Assembly (NCBI RefSeq): GCF_009914755.1
Contig: NC_060929.1
Source of the DNA: the human T2T-CHM13v2.0 reference genome, Homo sapiens
Reading direction: 5' to 3' (one strand)
DNA length: 64,000 nt
Numbering within the stretch: the stretch's first letter is position 1; the number at the start of each line of letters is the position of its first letter. The notes beneath the pieces are model-generated. The model was not told where the DNA came from. It did no database searches and worked only from the letters and a program-made list of their open reading frames with translations. The position numbers and the translations under genes were made by a program. This document shows positions 12,907-23,934 of this stretch, in pieces.

Positions 12907-14677
12907 TGCTATAATTTAAATATGTACCCTAAAGTTCATGTGTGGAAAATGTAGTCTCCAGTGCAACAGTGTTGAAAGGTGAGACTTTAAGAGGTGATTT
13001 GGTCATGAGGGCTCTGCCTCATAAAATGATGAGTTACATTTCCTTCCCTTCCATCCCACCTCTTGCCCTCTCTTGCTCTCTCTCCTTCCACCATGTGATG
13101 ACACAGCAAGAAGGCCCTTGCTAGATGCTAGCCCTCTGACCTTAGATGCACTAGCATCCAGAACTATAAGAAACAAATCTCTGTTCTTTACAAATTACAA
13201 AACAGGCTAAGGCAGAAAATTGGTACTGAGAAGTCAGGCTGTTGCTCTAACAAATCTCTGGAAATGTTGAAGTGTCTTTGGAACTGGGTAATGGATAAGG
13301 ACGGGAAGAATTTAGAGAAACAGGCCAGAGAAAGTCTGGATTGATGTGAATGGAGTATTAAGGGTAATTTTAGTGAGGGCTGAGAGGAAGACAAGAGCTA
13401 TAGAGAGAGCCTAAGTCTTCTCAGGTATTACTTAAGTGATCAGAATGTTGGTAGCAATATGGATGGTAAAGGTCATTCTGATAAGGACTTAGATTGAAAT
13501 GAGAAAGAAGGTATTGGAAAGTGGAGTAAAGTTTATGCTTGTTATAGAGTTGCAAAGAACTTGACAGAGTTGTGTTTGTGTCCTAGAACTTTGTGGAAGA
13601 AAGAACTTAAGAATGATGAATGGGGGTGTCTGGCAGAAGAAATAACTAAGCAGCAAAGGGTTCTAGGTGCTGCATGGCTGCTTTTGGATATTTACAGTAA
13701 AATAAAAAGAGAAAAATTATTTAAAGATGGAATTTATAATTAAAAGGAAAGCAGAATGAAAAGATTTGGAAAACTCTTGGGCTGGCCATGTAAAGAATTT
13801 TAAAATGTGTTGGGAGAGAATACTAAGGTGTGGCCAAGTGACTATTTTGCTGAAGAGAATTAACATTAATAGAAAGAAGTCAGGTTCTATTCATTAAGAC
13901 AATAGGAGAAAGACCTCAATTGTATTTCAGAGATCTTCAAGGCAAGCTAGGACTCTGAGGGTGAGGTTTCCAGAGAGGCTCCTGTGGGACCTCAGCATTT
14001 GCTGCTCAGGGCACCTCGGGATTCTGCTTCCTGAATTCCAGTGCAGAGCCCCTTGCCTGCCCCAGTCCCTGACTCAGGTAGATCCAGATGGGGCTCATGC
14101 TACAGCTCCAGACAGCACAAGCAGGAAGCCTTGGTAGCATCTATGTGATGCCAACTCCATAGATGTGCAGAGTGCATGAGCTGTGGGGCCATGGTGGCCT
14201 CCACTTATATTTCAAAAGATGTTGCAGACAGCCTGGGGGCCCAGGCAGAAACCTGCTGCAGGTATGGAGGCACCACAGATAGTCCCCATTAGGGCAAAGC
14301 CTAGTGGAGTAATGGGAGTGGGGCAGCCCCCAAGATCACAGAGCTGTAGGGTCACTAGCTTGAAAGCCAAAGGCGCAAGCCCCCAGCCTGTGAGAATTTC
14401 TGGGTTGACTGAACCCAGCAAAGCCATAGAGGTGGGGCTGCCTGAGGCCTTGGGAGCCCAGCCCCCTACCCCAGTGTGCTTAGGATGCAGGATATGGGGT
14501 TAAAGGAAATTATTATCCAGCTTTAATACTTAAGGTTGTTTTCCTTGATGGGTTTTGACTTACCTGGGGCCTGTTACTTCTTACCTATTTCTCCCTAAAG
14601 AAATGAGAATGTCTATCTGATGCCTGTCCCACCAATCTTTGGTATTTTGTTATAGCAGCACAAAACAGACTAAAACA
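12907..14677 (+). mobile_element. MST(C/D-like) MaLR provirus: 5' LTR, MST-int and 3' LTR remnant
   Basis: LTR 12907-13214. Internal part starts gaaaattggtactgagaag. LTR end 14634-14677. Exact 5-bp TSD ACTGT (12902-12906 / 14678-14682). Confidence 0.88.
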
Positions 14678-14879
14678 ACTGTCAACAAAGCAACCTTTAC
14701 TAAGCATCATGGTTCTGCAGACTCTATGCTATGCACTGAGAGTGACAAGAAGAGCTTACATACGTGCTCTGTCTGGAGAAATGGAACAGAAAAAATAATA
14801 ATAATATGAAGTACCCTAAATACAAAATACTTGGTACTCACCCAAATCCCAATTGGGGAATATCATATTAGTAACAATG

Positions 14880-15280
14880 TACTTGTTAAGAATGTAGGCT
14901 TTGGACATTCATGCACCTGAGTACAAATCCCAGCTGACTCTGCCTTCCATCTGTTGGCTGAGTAAATTTGGGTTAAGTTACTTAACTTGGTGCTTCTCTA
15001 AAGACTGGTTCATAGATCAGCAGCAACAGCCTTGCTTAGAACTTATTAGAAATCCAAGTTCTAAGACCCTACTCTACACGTACTGAGTCAGAAACTCCAG
15101 TATTGGAAAAACAACTTTTATATTAACATGCTCTTCAGGTATTCCTGATATTTGTGGAAGTTTTGAGAACCCCTACTGAACCTAAGTCTCAGGATCATTG
15201 CTATGTGTTGTTTTGAAGACTAAATGTTCAGGATGTATAATAATGGGGTCTAGCAATGGTAGTTAATTTATTATTACTAC
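14880..15280. mobile_element. MIR interrupted by a MER5A-like MITE (~14990-15172)
   Basis: MIR core (aaatcccagct...ggttaagttacttaac) followed by gatcagcagcaacagc...cttattagaaat...tactgagtcagaaactc...tttgagaaccc. Confidence 0.65.
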
Positions 15281-15409
15281 TGAAGGGCAGAGGAGAAGGT
15301 TGCTTTTGAGCTGGTTTTAGGATTAAGTAAATGTGGAGAAAAAGGAGGTCGTTCTAGGAAGTGGAAAGGTATACAATGTTTTCAAAGGCTCAGTGCTAGA
15401 GATTTCATC

Positions 15410-15635
15410 AGATATTGGAGTCAGGTAGATTCTGGACAATGTTTGGAAATAGACTTTGGATTCAAATCTCAGCTTCACTACTTGAGGTTTTGGATTATTT
15501 ACTTAACTGGAATACCTTTACTAAAAATTGGGATAATAAGTCTCCTAGATAATTATTGGAGGATTAAATGAGATAATGTATGTAATGTTCATGGCAGAGT
15601 GCTTGGTATTTGCTAAATATTAGTTGCTTTTGTTA
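15410..15635 (+). mobile_element. MIR SINE
   Basis: ggattcaaatctcagcttcactactt...ggattaaatgagataatgtatgtaa. Confidence 0.8.
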
Positions 15636-15831
15636 GTTACTTTCATTATTAATATTATCTGTTAATTGATAAATTCTTTATTTCTTTTTTGCTTTCTGTT
15701 TTTTTTTTAAACTTTTAAATGGCTGAGTTCTCCTCATCTTTCAGGATTTTGCTTAAATGTCTTCTCTTCAGTGAGACTTCCATGATTACATAAGGTAAAA
15801 AATAACCCCTTCCCTGTTCTCTATTTTGAGA

Positions 15832-15885
15832 CCTTCCTTCTTTCCTTCCTTTCTTTCTTCCTTCCTTGCTTCCTTCCTTCCTTCC
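15832..15885 (+). repeat. (CTTC)n / CT-rich simple repeat
   Basis: Directly visible. Confidence 0.9.
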
Positions 15886-17384
15886 TGTATTTCTCCCTAA
15901 TTAGCAAACAATTGTAGAATTAATTCTTATAACTACTTGTTTGTAGTTTTAATTTTTAGAATAGTGCCTGGAATATTAAACAATATTTACTGTTTAATAG
16001 ACAAATGAATGACTGTTGATGCGAATGTCATGAGAGTTATGCCCATAAATAGGATCTTCAAGCAAATATTCAACTTGTGTCAAGCACAGCCACTCTGCAA
16101 AAACAACATCTCAATAGCACCTGTGGCCAAAGGCAGATGATGAAAGAGACCATCTGGAAGAAAGAAAAATGCTCTTTTCATTGTGATGGTTTGGTGACAG
16201 TGAGCAAAACAAGCAAAGTCATTCAGATATATACATATTTATAAAATATGACAATCTGTATGTTTAATTTTTACATATTAATCTGGCTCTCATTTCTTGT
16301 TTGGTAAAGTTCTCTAACATATATTCATGGATTTCCCTTGAAAAGTGATCCATTTCCTTTTTTTATTTTGCATGTAGCAATGGTTTAAGTTTTGTTAATT
16401 CCTACTGAAAATTCTCAGCCTGCAAAATCAAAAATAATCTCCAGTAAGACCTTTTTGAACATCATACATTGAGGGGAGATATTTACATCCTACTGTGGCT
16501 GAGGCTATTAGTTCTACTCTTATATTTCTCACTCTTAGAACATTTTGCAACATTATACTAATACATGCAGATTATTAGTACGTTAATACTCACATATCAT
16601 GCATTCATGGTTAATATAAAACTCCATGTTTAACTTCTTAAAAGAATAGCAGATAGAAGAATATACAGTGATTACATTTTTCTGAAGAGCAGAATCAAAA
16701 TATACACTTTTTTAAAAGTTAAAGTATGAGAAAAAATATATGGAGAAATATATTATTAGCATTAGACTCTCAAATTTGCTTGCTAACTTAAAAATGTCTT
16801 ATTCTCAGAATACACTCATATTAATTTCTTTAATTATGCCAAATGATCAATGCATATTTTATTCCACATTAAATATCTGCTGTCTTTTTTCTTTTTCTTT
16901 TTCTCTTAGCGAATTGTACAGAAACCTAACCTCTGGTGCATAAATCAAAATGCTGCTTCGTTTCACTCTCATTATCTTCCACAGATGAGACATATTTAAT
17001 GTGGACATGTGCAACTGACATACTTTAAGACTCATGTTTGAGGCTTGTCAGTCAATTCTCAGAAGCATGAGGCAGCACAGGAATAGGCAGGAGTGGGACC
17101 TGGTAACGGAGCTTCCCACTGGGAGGGATAGACTCTCGGGAAGTGAGGGTATTGCTAAGACATTTTTTTGGAACTTTGTGCTATTAGAGAAGTGTGTGGC
17201 CAACTCCATGGTGACTCAGATGAACAGCTAACTCTGGTGTCTCAATCAGGTGGACAAAGCAGTAAGTAAGCACATCTGCCTCTGTTTTAGAACAGTGGAT
17301 TATCAGTCACCTGATGGGGATATGAGGCTTTGCTCCATTCCTGTAGTGATGACTGGAAAAAGCTTGGAACATGTACTCACATGC

Positions 17385-17620
17385 ATATAGGGTTCAGGTA
17401 GTTGCATAAACAATGAAAGCAGGCCATGTGCAATACAATGAGTAGTGGTGAGACCTGTGGAAAAGGCCCTGTCTAATGGGAACCACTGCTCCTCAGTTAT
17501 AACTCACCATTGCCATTTGTTTTGAAAGCAGGCCAAGTAGTGCCAGAATCTCCAGTTATTTCCAGGAAAGCTAAAAGATCCAAATTTCATGTGAAACCAT
17601 CTGTTTTACTTTAAAAATTT
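17385..17620. mobile_element. MER102-like hAT element, left part; probable remainder at ~19400-19495
   Basis: caatacaatgagtagtgg...gtgccagaatctcc...aaagctaaaagatccaaatttcatgtgaaa. Confidence 0.5.
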
Positions 17621-17701
17621 GTTTAAAATATTTGCGATTATTTTAGATTCATAGAAGAGTTGCAAAAGTAGTACAGAGGGTTTCTGTATATTTTTACCGA
17701 G

Positions 17702-18500
17702 TGTATATGTTTCCTAGAGCTGCTATAACAAGCAACTACAAACTTGGTTGCTTAAAACAATAGACATTTCTTCTCTGGCAGTTTTGGAGGCCAGTGGTCT
17801 GAAGGCAAGGGTTCTTTCCATTACAAGCTTTGAGAAGGAATCTGTTCCATGCCTCTCTCCTAGCTTCAGGTGGTCTTCAGCAACCCTTGGCATTCCTTGC
17901 TTTGTAGACACATCACTCTGATCTCTGCCTTTCTCTTCACATAGCCTTCCCCTCTGGAACTCCTTTCTTTTATAAAGACACCAGTTATTGGATTTAGTAA
18001 TCACCCAAAATCTAGAATTATTTCATTTCCAGATCCTTAACTTACATACATCTGCAAAGACACTATTTCTGAATAAGGCCACATATATAGATACTGAGAG
18101 TTAGGGCTTGGATATGTCTTTTTGGGGAGTGTATTAGTCCATTTTCACACTGCTATAAATAACTACCTGAGACTGGGTAATTTACAAAGAAAATAAGTTT
18201 AATTGACTCACAGTTCCTCATGGTTGGAGAGGCCTCAGGAAACTTACATGGTGGCACGTCTTACATGGTGGCAGCAGAGAGGGAGAGGCCAAGTGGGGAA
18301 GTTCCACACTTTTAAACCATCAGATCTCATGAGAACTCATTCACTATTAGAAGAACAGCACTGGGGATTTCTGCCCCCAAGATCCAATCACCTTCCTCCA
18401 GATCCCTTCCCTGACACATGGGGATTACAATTCCATATGAGATTTGGGTGGGGACAGAGAACCAAACCATATCAGAGGTCCACTATTCAACTCATTAAAC
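17702..18500 (-). mobile_element. MLT1C-like solo LTR, interrupted by MSTA
   Basis: tgtatatgtttcctagagctgctataacaa...cttaaaacaatagac...ttggaggccag. End cactattcaactca lies after the MSTA. Confidence 0.8.
18130..18474 (-). mobile_element. MSTA-like solo LTR
   Basis: tgtattagtccattttcacactgctataaa...gatttgggtggggacag...ccaaaccatatca. Confidence 0.9.
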
Positions 18501-18614
18501 CCAGATTTCCATAATTTTAACATATTACAATACTATAAAGAATTATCTACTACAAAGCTAGCATTAGTATAGTATTACAAACTGTAGATTTATTTGGATA
18601 AAACTAGTTATTCC

Positions 18615-18915
18615 ATTCTGTACATTCCAAAGACAAGCCTGTCATTAGAACTGGCCCTTTCCTGGTTCTGAGAAGGTAACCTCGGAGCCCCTGGAATATT
18701 CTGCCTGATAAAAATATTTTTGTTTGCTTGAGATGAGGTCTTGAGCCACACTGTATCAGTTTGACCAGATAGTTTATGCTACCCATGTGATTCATGGTGA
18801 ATGCCTCTTTTTATGTGTCTGAGGATTTGGGCCACACTCTATCTGACCACTGTAAGGTGCTGGAGACTCAATAGCTACCATGAGTCAGAAGGGCACTACA
18901 TGCCTAAGTGACCCT
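18615..18915 (+). mobile_element. MER21(C-like) LTR fragment
   Basis: cattccaaaga...aggtaacctc...cctggaatattctgcctgataa...gggccacac motifs. Confidence 0.6.
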
Positions 18916-21195
18916 AAGAACAGAAAAAAGGGACATTAGTGAATGTATCAGAGGTATCCAGGACTACCATCATGTTCAATGTTCTGTTCTAGGGTCCAAA
19001 CCAGAATGCCACATCACTTTTTAATTGTTAGGTCTCCTTAGTCTTCCCTAATCCATGACATTTTATTGAGTTTCTTTGTAACTTTTGAAGAGTACTGGCT
19101 ATTTATTTTGAACAGTGTCACATAATTTGAGTTTTCTGCTGTATTCTCATGATGAGATTGAGGTTATCCATTTTGGGAAGGTACACTGCAAGGGTAATGT
19201 GCTCTCTGTGCTCTCCTCAACAAATCACATTAGTGGATACATTATGTTGATTTGTTTTTTTTAAACTGGTGATGTTAACTCTAATTCCTTGGTTAAGGCA
19301 GTGTTTTCTAGATTTCTCCACAACAAAGTTATTATTTTATTTTTTCCCTTTGTAATTAATAAATAGTCTCAAGGGAAATACCAAAGGGCTATGCAAAATC
19401 ATCTGATTTCAAATATTGGCAGCATTTTAAAGAAACACAGCATAAAACCCCCTGAGAATGTTATCTCAGTCAGGGTCACCAATTTGCAAACTTTAGACAA
19501 ATGCAAAAATGGAGGGAAACTTGGCTACTAGGTAGGATGACTGAGGAATTTTCAAGTAGGCTTGAGATTGTAGCAGAGATTTAAGAAGCAAACAGATGTG
19601 CATCAGTTGCACTGTCACTCAAACCCTTTCTAGGAGAGAGGCTGAGACTACCCTCTGTCAGATTTATGTGGGACAAAGGTTGGGTGGCCTTTAGCTTACG
19701 TGGGTGTATTTACTGTCTTGATAAGATTTAATTTAACAACAGCTGTGACACAAGAGCATGTCAGTACCTCTGCTGAGAAGAGCTACCATCATTGCTCCAT
19801 TTTTAAAAGCCAGTTGTGCACTCATTGAACTTCAGATCACTCTTTGGGCTGCCATTCTTTCTTAGTGTTATGAGCCTTTGATGTCATGAGTCATATAACA
19901 AGTAGCTCCCAGCACCAACATAACCGGTCTAGGTACATTATGACTTATAGGAATGGCTAGTGGAAGGCAAAAGGAGGATCACAGGATAATTTTAGATCTT
20001 GGCACAATTGTAGAGAAAGATGAAGGAGTACAATGCCCAACATAAGGTTATGATTTTTCTGTTTCTTTCCTTTGTGATGGGGCTTATTCCCTATTATTAA
20101 AAATAATAATGCATAATCCTCAAATAAATACATTTTTCCCTTAATATAATAAAACAGGTATTTGTTGACTTTAGGTCATGATGAAAAAATACGTTTGGTA
20201 AATCATTGAAGAGGCAACTGATGAGCTCCACCATGACTCTTTCAAACTTGTTTCTTTGCAATTATTCTTTAAAACTCAGGAGATTTATATAAATCAGTCA
20301 ATTACAAATCAAGTCCTCTTTTTATTTTCTAGCATGAGTAATGCTTTTTTAAAATTATTGATTTTTAAACTAATAGAGATCTCATCTTTTCTAACAAGGA
20401 GATCCACATGGCATAGATAAAGGGAAAAGAGGAAAATTAGAACACTTATCACCCATGTTGTCCTTTCAGGTGGCTTCATAAAGAAGAGATTCAGTGAGAT
20501 AAATTGAAAAAAATTGTCTTGGTTTTTGATGGGACACACAATTTAAGTTCATACCATGGGCCACAAATATGATATTTATAGTTTTGTTATTTCTTTCATT
20601 AAGAAAATGATTATAAAATGTATGCTCTTAATCTTACCGTAATTTCTTGAGTGATAGCTTGGCAAAAAAAGCTAACAGTGTCACTCTGGATGTAATTCAG
20701 CTGTCTGATGAATGCTAAATCAAAATTTGTTTGATCTAATTCCTCTTGTTGGCTGAGCTGATAAGTTAATTTCAAGTGATTGCCATGACAGCAAGCATCA
20801 CCAGCCTTGTCCTAATGTTGGAAAGCATGTTCTGGCAAGAAAAGCCCACATCTTTGAAGTTTGTAAGCATGTCCTCATTTTTTTCCCTTTCTTTCTGAGA
20901 CAATTTTTCTATTTCATTATACCTAACTACATATCTAGTTGGAATTCAATCCCTTGGCCTCAAATACTTGCATTTGGATTGATGGATGATTAAACATGTG
21001 TTTGAAATCATTGTCTGAGTTTCTTTTCACAAAGCTTAAGTTCCCTGGTCCATTACCTGTTGTAGTTCATGTTTCGATGTCAACACAAAACTCTTGACCA
21101 AGAAGACAATTTTGCATTTTCTATAAGGTGACCAAATAAAACATCTCCATTTCCTACCCGCCCCCCTCCACAATTCTAGCCACTCCGTGTTTGGG

Positions 21196-21198
<3 letters not shown>

Positions 21199-21263
<65 letters not shown>

Positions 21264-21268
21264 TATAT
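21199..21268 (+). repeat. Compound microsatellite (AT)20(AC)12(AT)3
   Basis: Counted directly. Confidence 0.98.
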
Positions 21269-21577
21269 CTTAGGTATATTGTCTTTATTCTAGGTGATGC
21301 TGTCTTTTAGTATTATGCACTCAATGTAAATGATTTTTTTTCAAGTTTGATCTCATTGTAGTTAGAGGGTTACCTAAACTTGCCCTAAGCAACTCTTGTT
21401 TTACTTACCTTTACAGATTTGCTTTTTTTTTTCCTTTTAATCTTATTGGAAACCAGAAATCATACAGATTTCTGTATATCAGAAAGTATACATTGTACTT
21501 AGAATGGATTCAGAATTCAGGGACTGTTTGTTTTGTAATAATTTTAAAATATGAGTGCCTCTTGGGTCACATCATAT

Positions 21578-22012
21578 TGAAATCGGCCCAATTGTCCCAT
21601 AGAACTGATGTTTACAGTCTTTTAAAATAAACATAGAAATTGACCCAGCCTTAAAGCTTGAAACTTACATTGGTCTTACCCCAGTTTCTTCCTCAAGAAA
21701 CTAGACAGTATCAAGAAACTGAAACTCACCAGATCACCACATCCAGACAATGAGAAGCCAAAACCTTCATCCTTCATGATTTCCTTAGCCCTCCCTAATT
21801 CCTATTTACCTTGGTGTAGTTACATTCCTTCCCTGCTGTATAAACTCCCAATTTTAGTCAGTAAGGGAGATGGATTTGAGATACATCTCCCAACTCCTTG
21901 GCAGCAGCACCTGGTTAAAGCCTCCTTTCCTGGCAATACTATAGTCTCAGTGATTGGCTTTCTTTGTGGTGAGCAGCGGGACCTAGACTGAAATTGTAGT
22001 ATTTTGGTAACA
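21578..22012 (+). mobile_element. ERV1 solo LTR (LTR45-like)
   Basis: tgaaatcggcccaattgtcccatagaactgatgttt...ggtaaca termini and internal TATAAA. Approximate 4-bp TSD atat/gtat. Confidence 0.75.
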
Positions 22013-22109
22013 GTATCTGCTCTCCATTCAAATCTATGCTCAGCCATACAGAATTATTTTTTCAGTTTCTTTGAATATTCTGCATATTTTCTTCTACCTC
22101 TAAGCCTCC

Positions 22110-22560
22110 AAAAATAATCTGAAAAGCAGCAAAATCGCCACAATGTGGAATCAAAATAGGGGTAAAAAGCCCTTTAGACATTCTTTTGGCAATAAACTAA
22201 CTGAACTTAGTAGGACCTGGCTCATAGAGACTTCTCTCTTTAGGAAGTGGACATCTGGTGACTCAAGCATTTGGCTTGAAGCAGTTTTCAGGGGAGTTTC
22301 AACTGCAATTCCACAGGATTTCATTACCAGCTATTTGCGGTCTTGCTTTTTCCTTTGCTGGTACTAAACAGGTGACATATATTTTACATTGATAATTAGT
22401 GTCATCTGACTTGAGGCCACTGCTTTTCTTCTTAGTTTCTGGTGCCCTTTGCAGTAGTGCCTTTCCTACCATTTTACATTTGGCAGACTGGAACAGCTCA
22501 AATAGCTCCAAGAAAGAAAAAACTGCCTCCTTTGTCTATTCAAGGCTCTCACTTCACCTT
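22110..22560. promoter_or_regulatory. Candidate enhancer (ETS/E-box/AP-1/RUNX/GATA cluster)
   Basis: AGGAAGTG 22242, CATCTG 22252, TGACTCA 22259, GGGGAGTTTC 22291, TGCGGT 22336, CAGGTG 22369, TGATAA 22390 and CATCTG 22403 in non-repeat DNA. Motif evidence only. Confidence 0.4.
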
Positions 22561-22608
22561 AAATGCAGAATTTTTTCTTTTTCTTTTTTTTTAAGTTATG
22601 TATGAGGA

Positions 22609-22920
22609 TTTTTTCTTTTCTTTTTTCTTTTTTGAGACAGGGTCTTGATCTATTGTCCAGGCTGCAGTGCAGTGGTGCAATCACAGTTCACTGCAGCTTC
22701 AACTTCCTGACCTCAAGCCAGCCTCCCACCTCAGCCTTGTGAGTACCTGAGGTCACAGGCATATATCACCATATTTGGCTAATTCCTTTTTATTTTTTGT
22801 AGAGATGAGAATTCCCAATGTAATCACTCAGGCTGGTCTCAAACTCCTGGGCTCAAGCGATCCTCCCCCCTTGGCCTCCCAAAGTGTTGGCATTACAGGC
22901 ATGAGCTGCTATACCCAGCC
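22609..22920 (-). mobile_element. AluJ
   Basis: Full dimer with J-type text. TSD tgtat(g/c)aggattt. Confidence 0.95.
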
Positions 22921-23069
22921 TGTATCAGGATTTCCAAGAGAGTGTCTGGTCAACCATTCTAGTCTCACTGATATTTGCTGGATTAATTGCCAGTATATTG
23001 TTCTAAATAGCTTCTTAAGTACTTATTTGTAGATATTTACTTAATGAACAGGCCTTTACATCGGTGATA

Positions 23070-23235
23070 TGGACCAGTCATTTAAGGTCAATCAAATTGA
23101 AAATAGGAATGACAATAACAGTACCTATCTTATACTCATAGGATTATTATGACAATCAAATAAGTTAATATTTGTTAATTTCTTAGAGCAGAGTCTAGCA
23201 CATGGCAAATGCTAGACAAGTATTGTTTAAGTAAT
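23070..23235 (+). mobile_element. MIR SINE
   Basis: aaaataggaatgacaataacagtacct...cttagagcagagtctagcacatggcaaatgct. Confidence 0.7.
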
Positions 23236-23323
23236 AAATAAAAATTTGAAATACAATATAAAAACAATTAGCTGACTTCTTAACAGTGGTAGAAATAATA
23301 GAATCATACATTCAAAGTTGTGA

Positions 23324-23658
23324 GGCCAGACACAGTGTCTCACGCCTGTAATCCCAGCACCTTGGGAGGCCGAGATGGGCAGATCAACTGAGGTCAGGGG
23401 TTCAAGACCAGGTTGGCCAACATGGCAAAACCCCATCACTACTAAAAATACACACACACACACAAAATTAGCCAAGAATGGTGACACTTACTTGTAATCC
23501 CAGCTGCTTGGGAGGCTAAGGCAGGAGAATCACTTGAACCCAGGAGGTGAAGGTGGTATTGAGCCTAGAGTATGCCACTGCACTCTAGCCAGGGCAACAG
23601 AGTGAGACTCTGTCTCAAAACAAAACAAAACAAAACAAAACAAAATCCCAAAAAACAA
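23324..23658 (+). mobile_element. AluS with (CAAAA)n tail and (CA)n in the linker
   Basis: Full dimer. Approximate TSD caaagt(t)gtga. Confidence 0.95.
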
Positions 23659-23701
23659 AGTGTGAAAGAAGATAACTAGCCACTTAGAATCGTGCAGCAG
23701 A

Positions 23702-23934
23702 GGTCGGGTGCGGTGGCTCATGCCTGTAATCCCAGCACTTTGGGAGGCCAAGGTGGGAAGATCACAAGGTCAGAAGGTCGAGACCACCCTGGCCAATATG
23801 GTGAAACCCCGTCTCTACTAAAAATACAAAAATTAGCTGGGCGTGGTGGCAGGTGCCTGTAGTCCCAGCTACTCAGGAGGCTGAGGCAGGAGAATTGCTT
23901 GAACCCAGGAGGTGGAGGTTGCAGTGAGCCAAGA
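23702..23934 (+). mobile_element. AluS (Sc/Sg-like), 3'-truncated
   Basis: Stops at gcagtgagccaaga with no poly-A tail. Confidence 0.93.

Larger units (their letters stand above)
17620..19400 (-). mobile_element. L1MC-type 3' end split by nested LTRs
   Basis: ttttagattcatagaagagttgcaaaagtagtacagag at 17.64 kb. L1MC-like text resumes at 18.5 kb and 18.97-19.4 kb. Confidence 0.6.
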
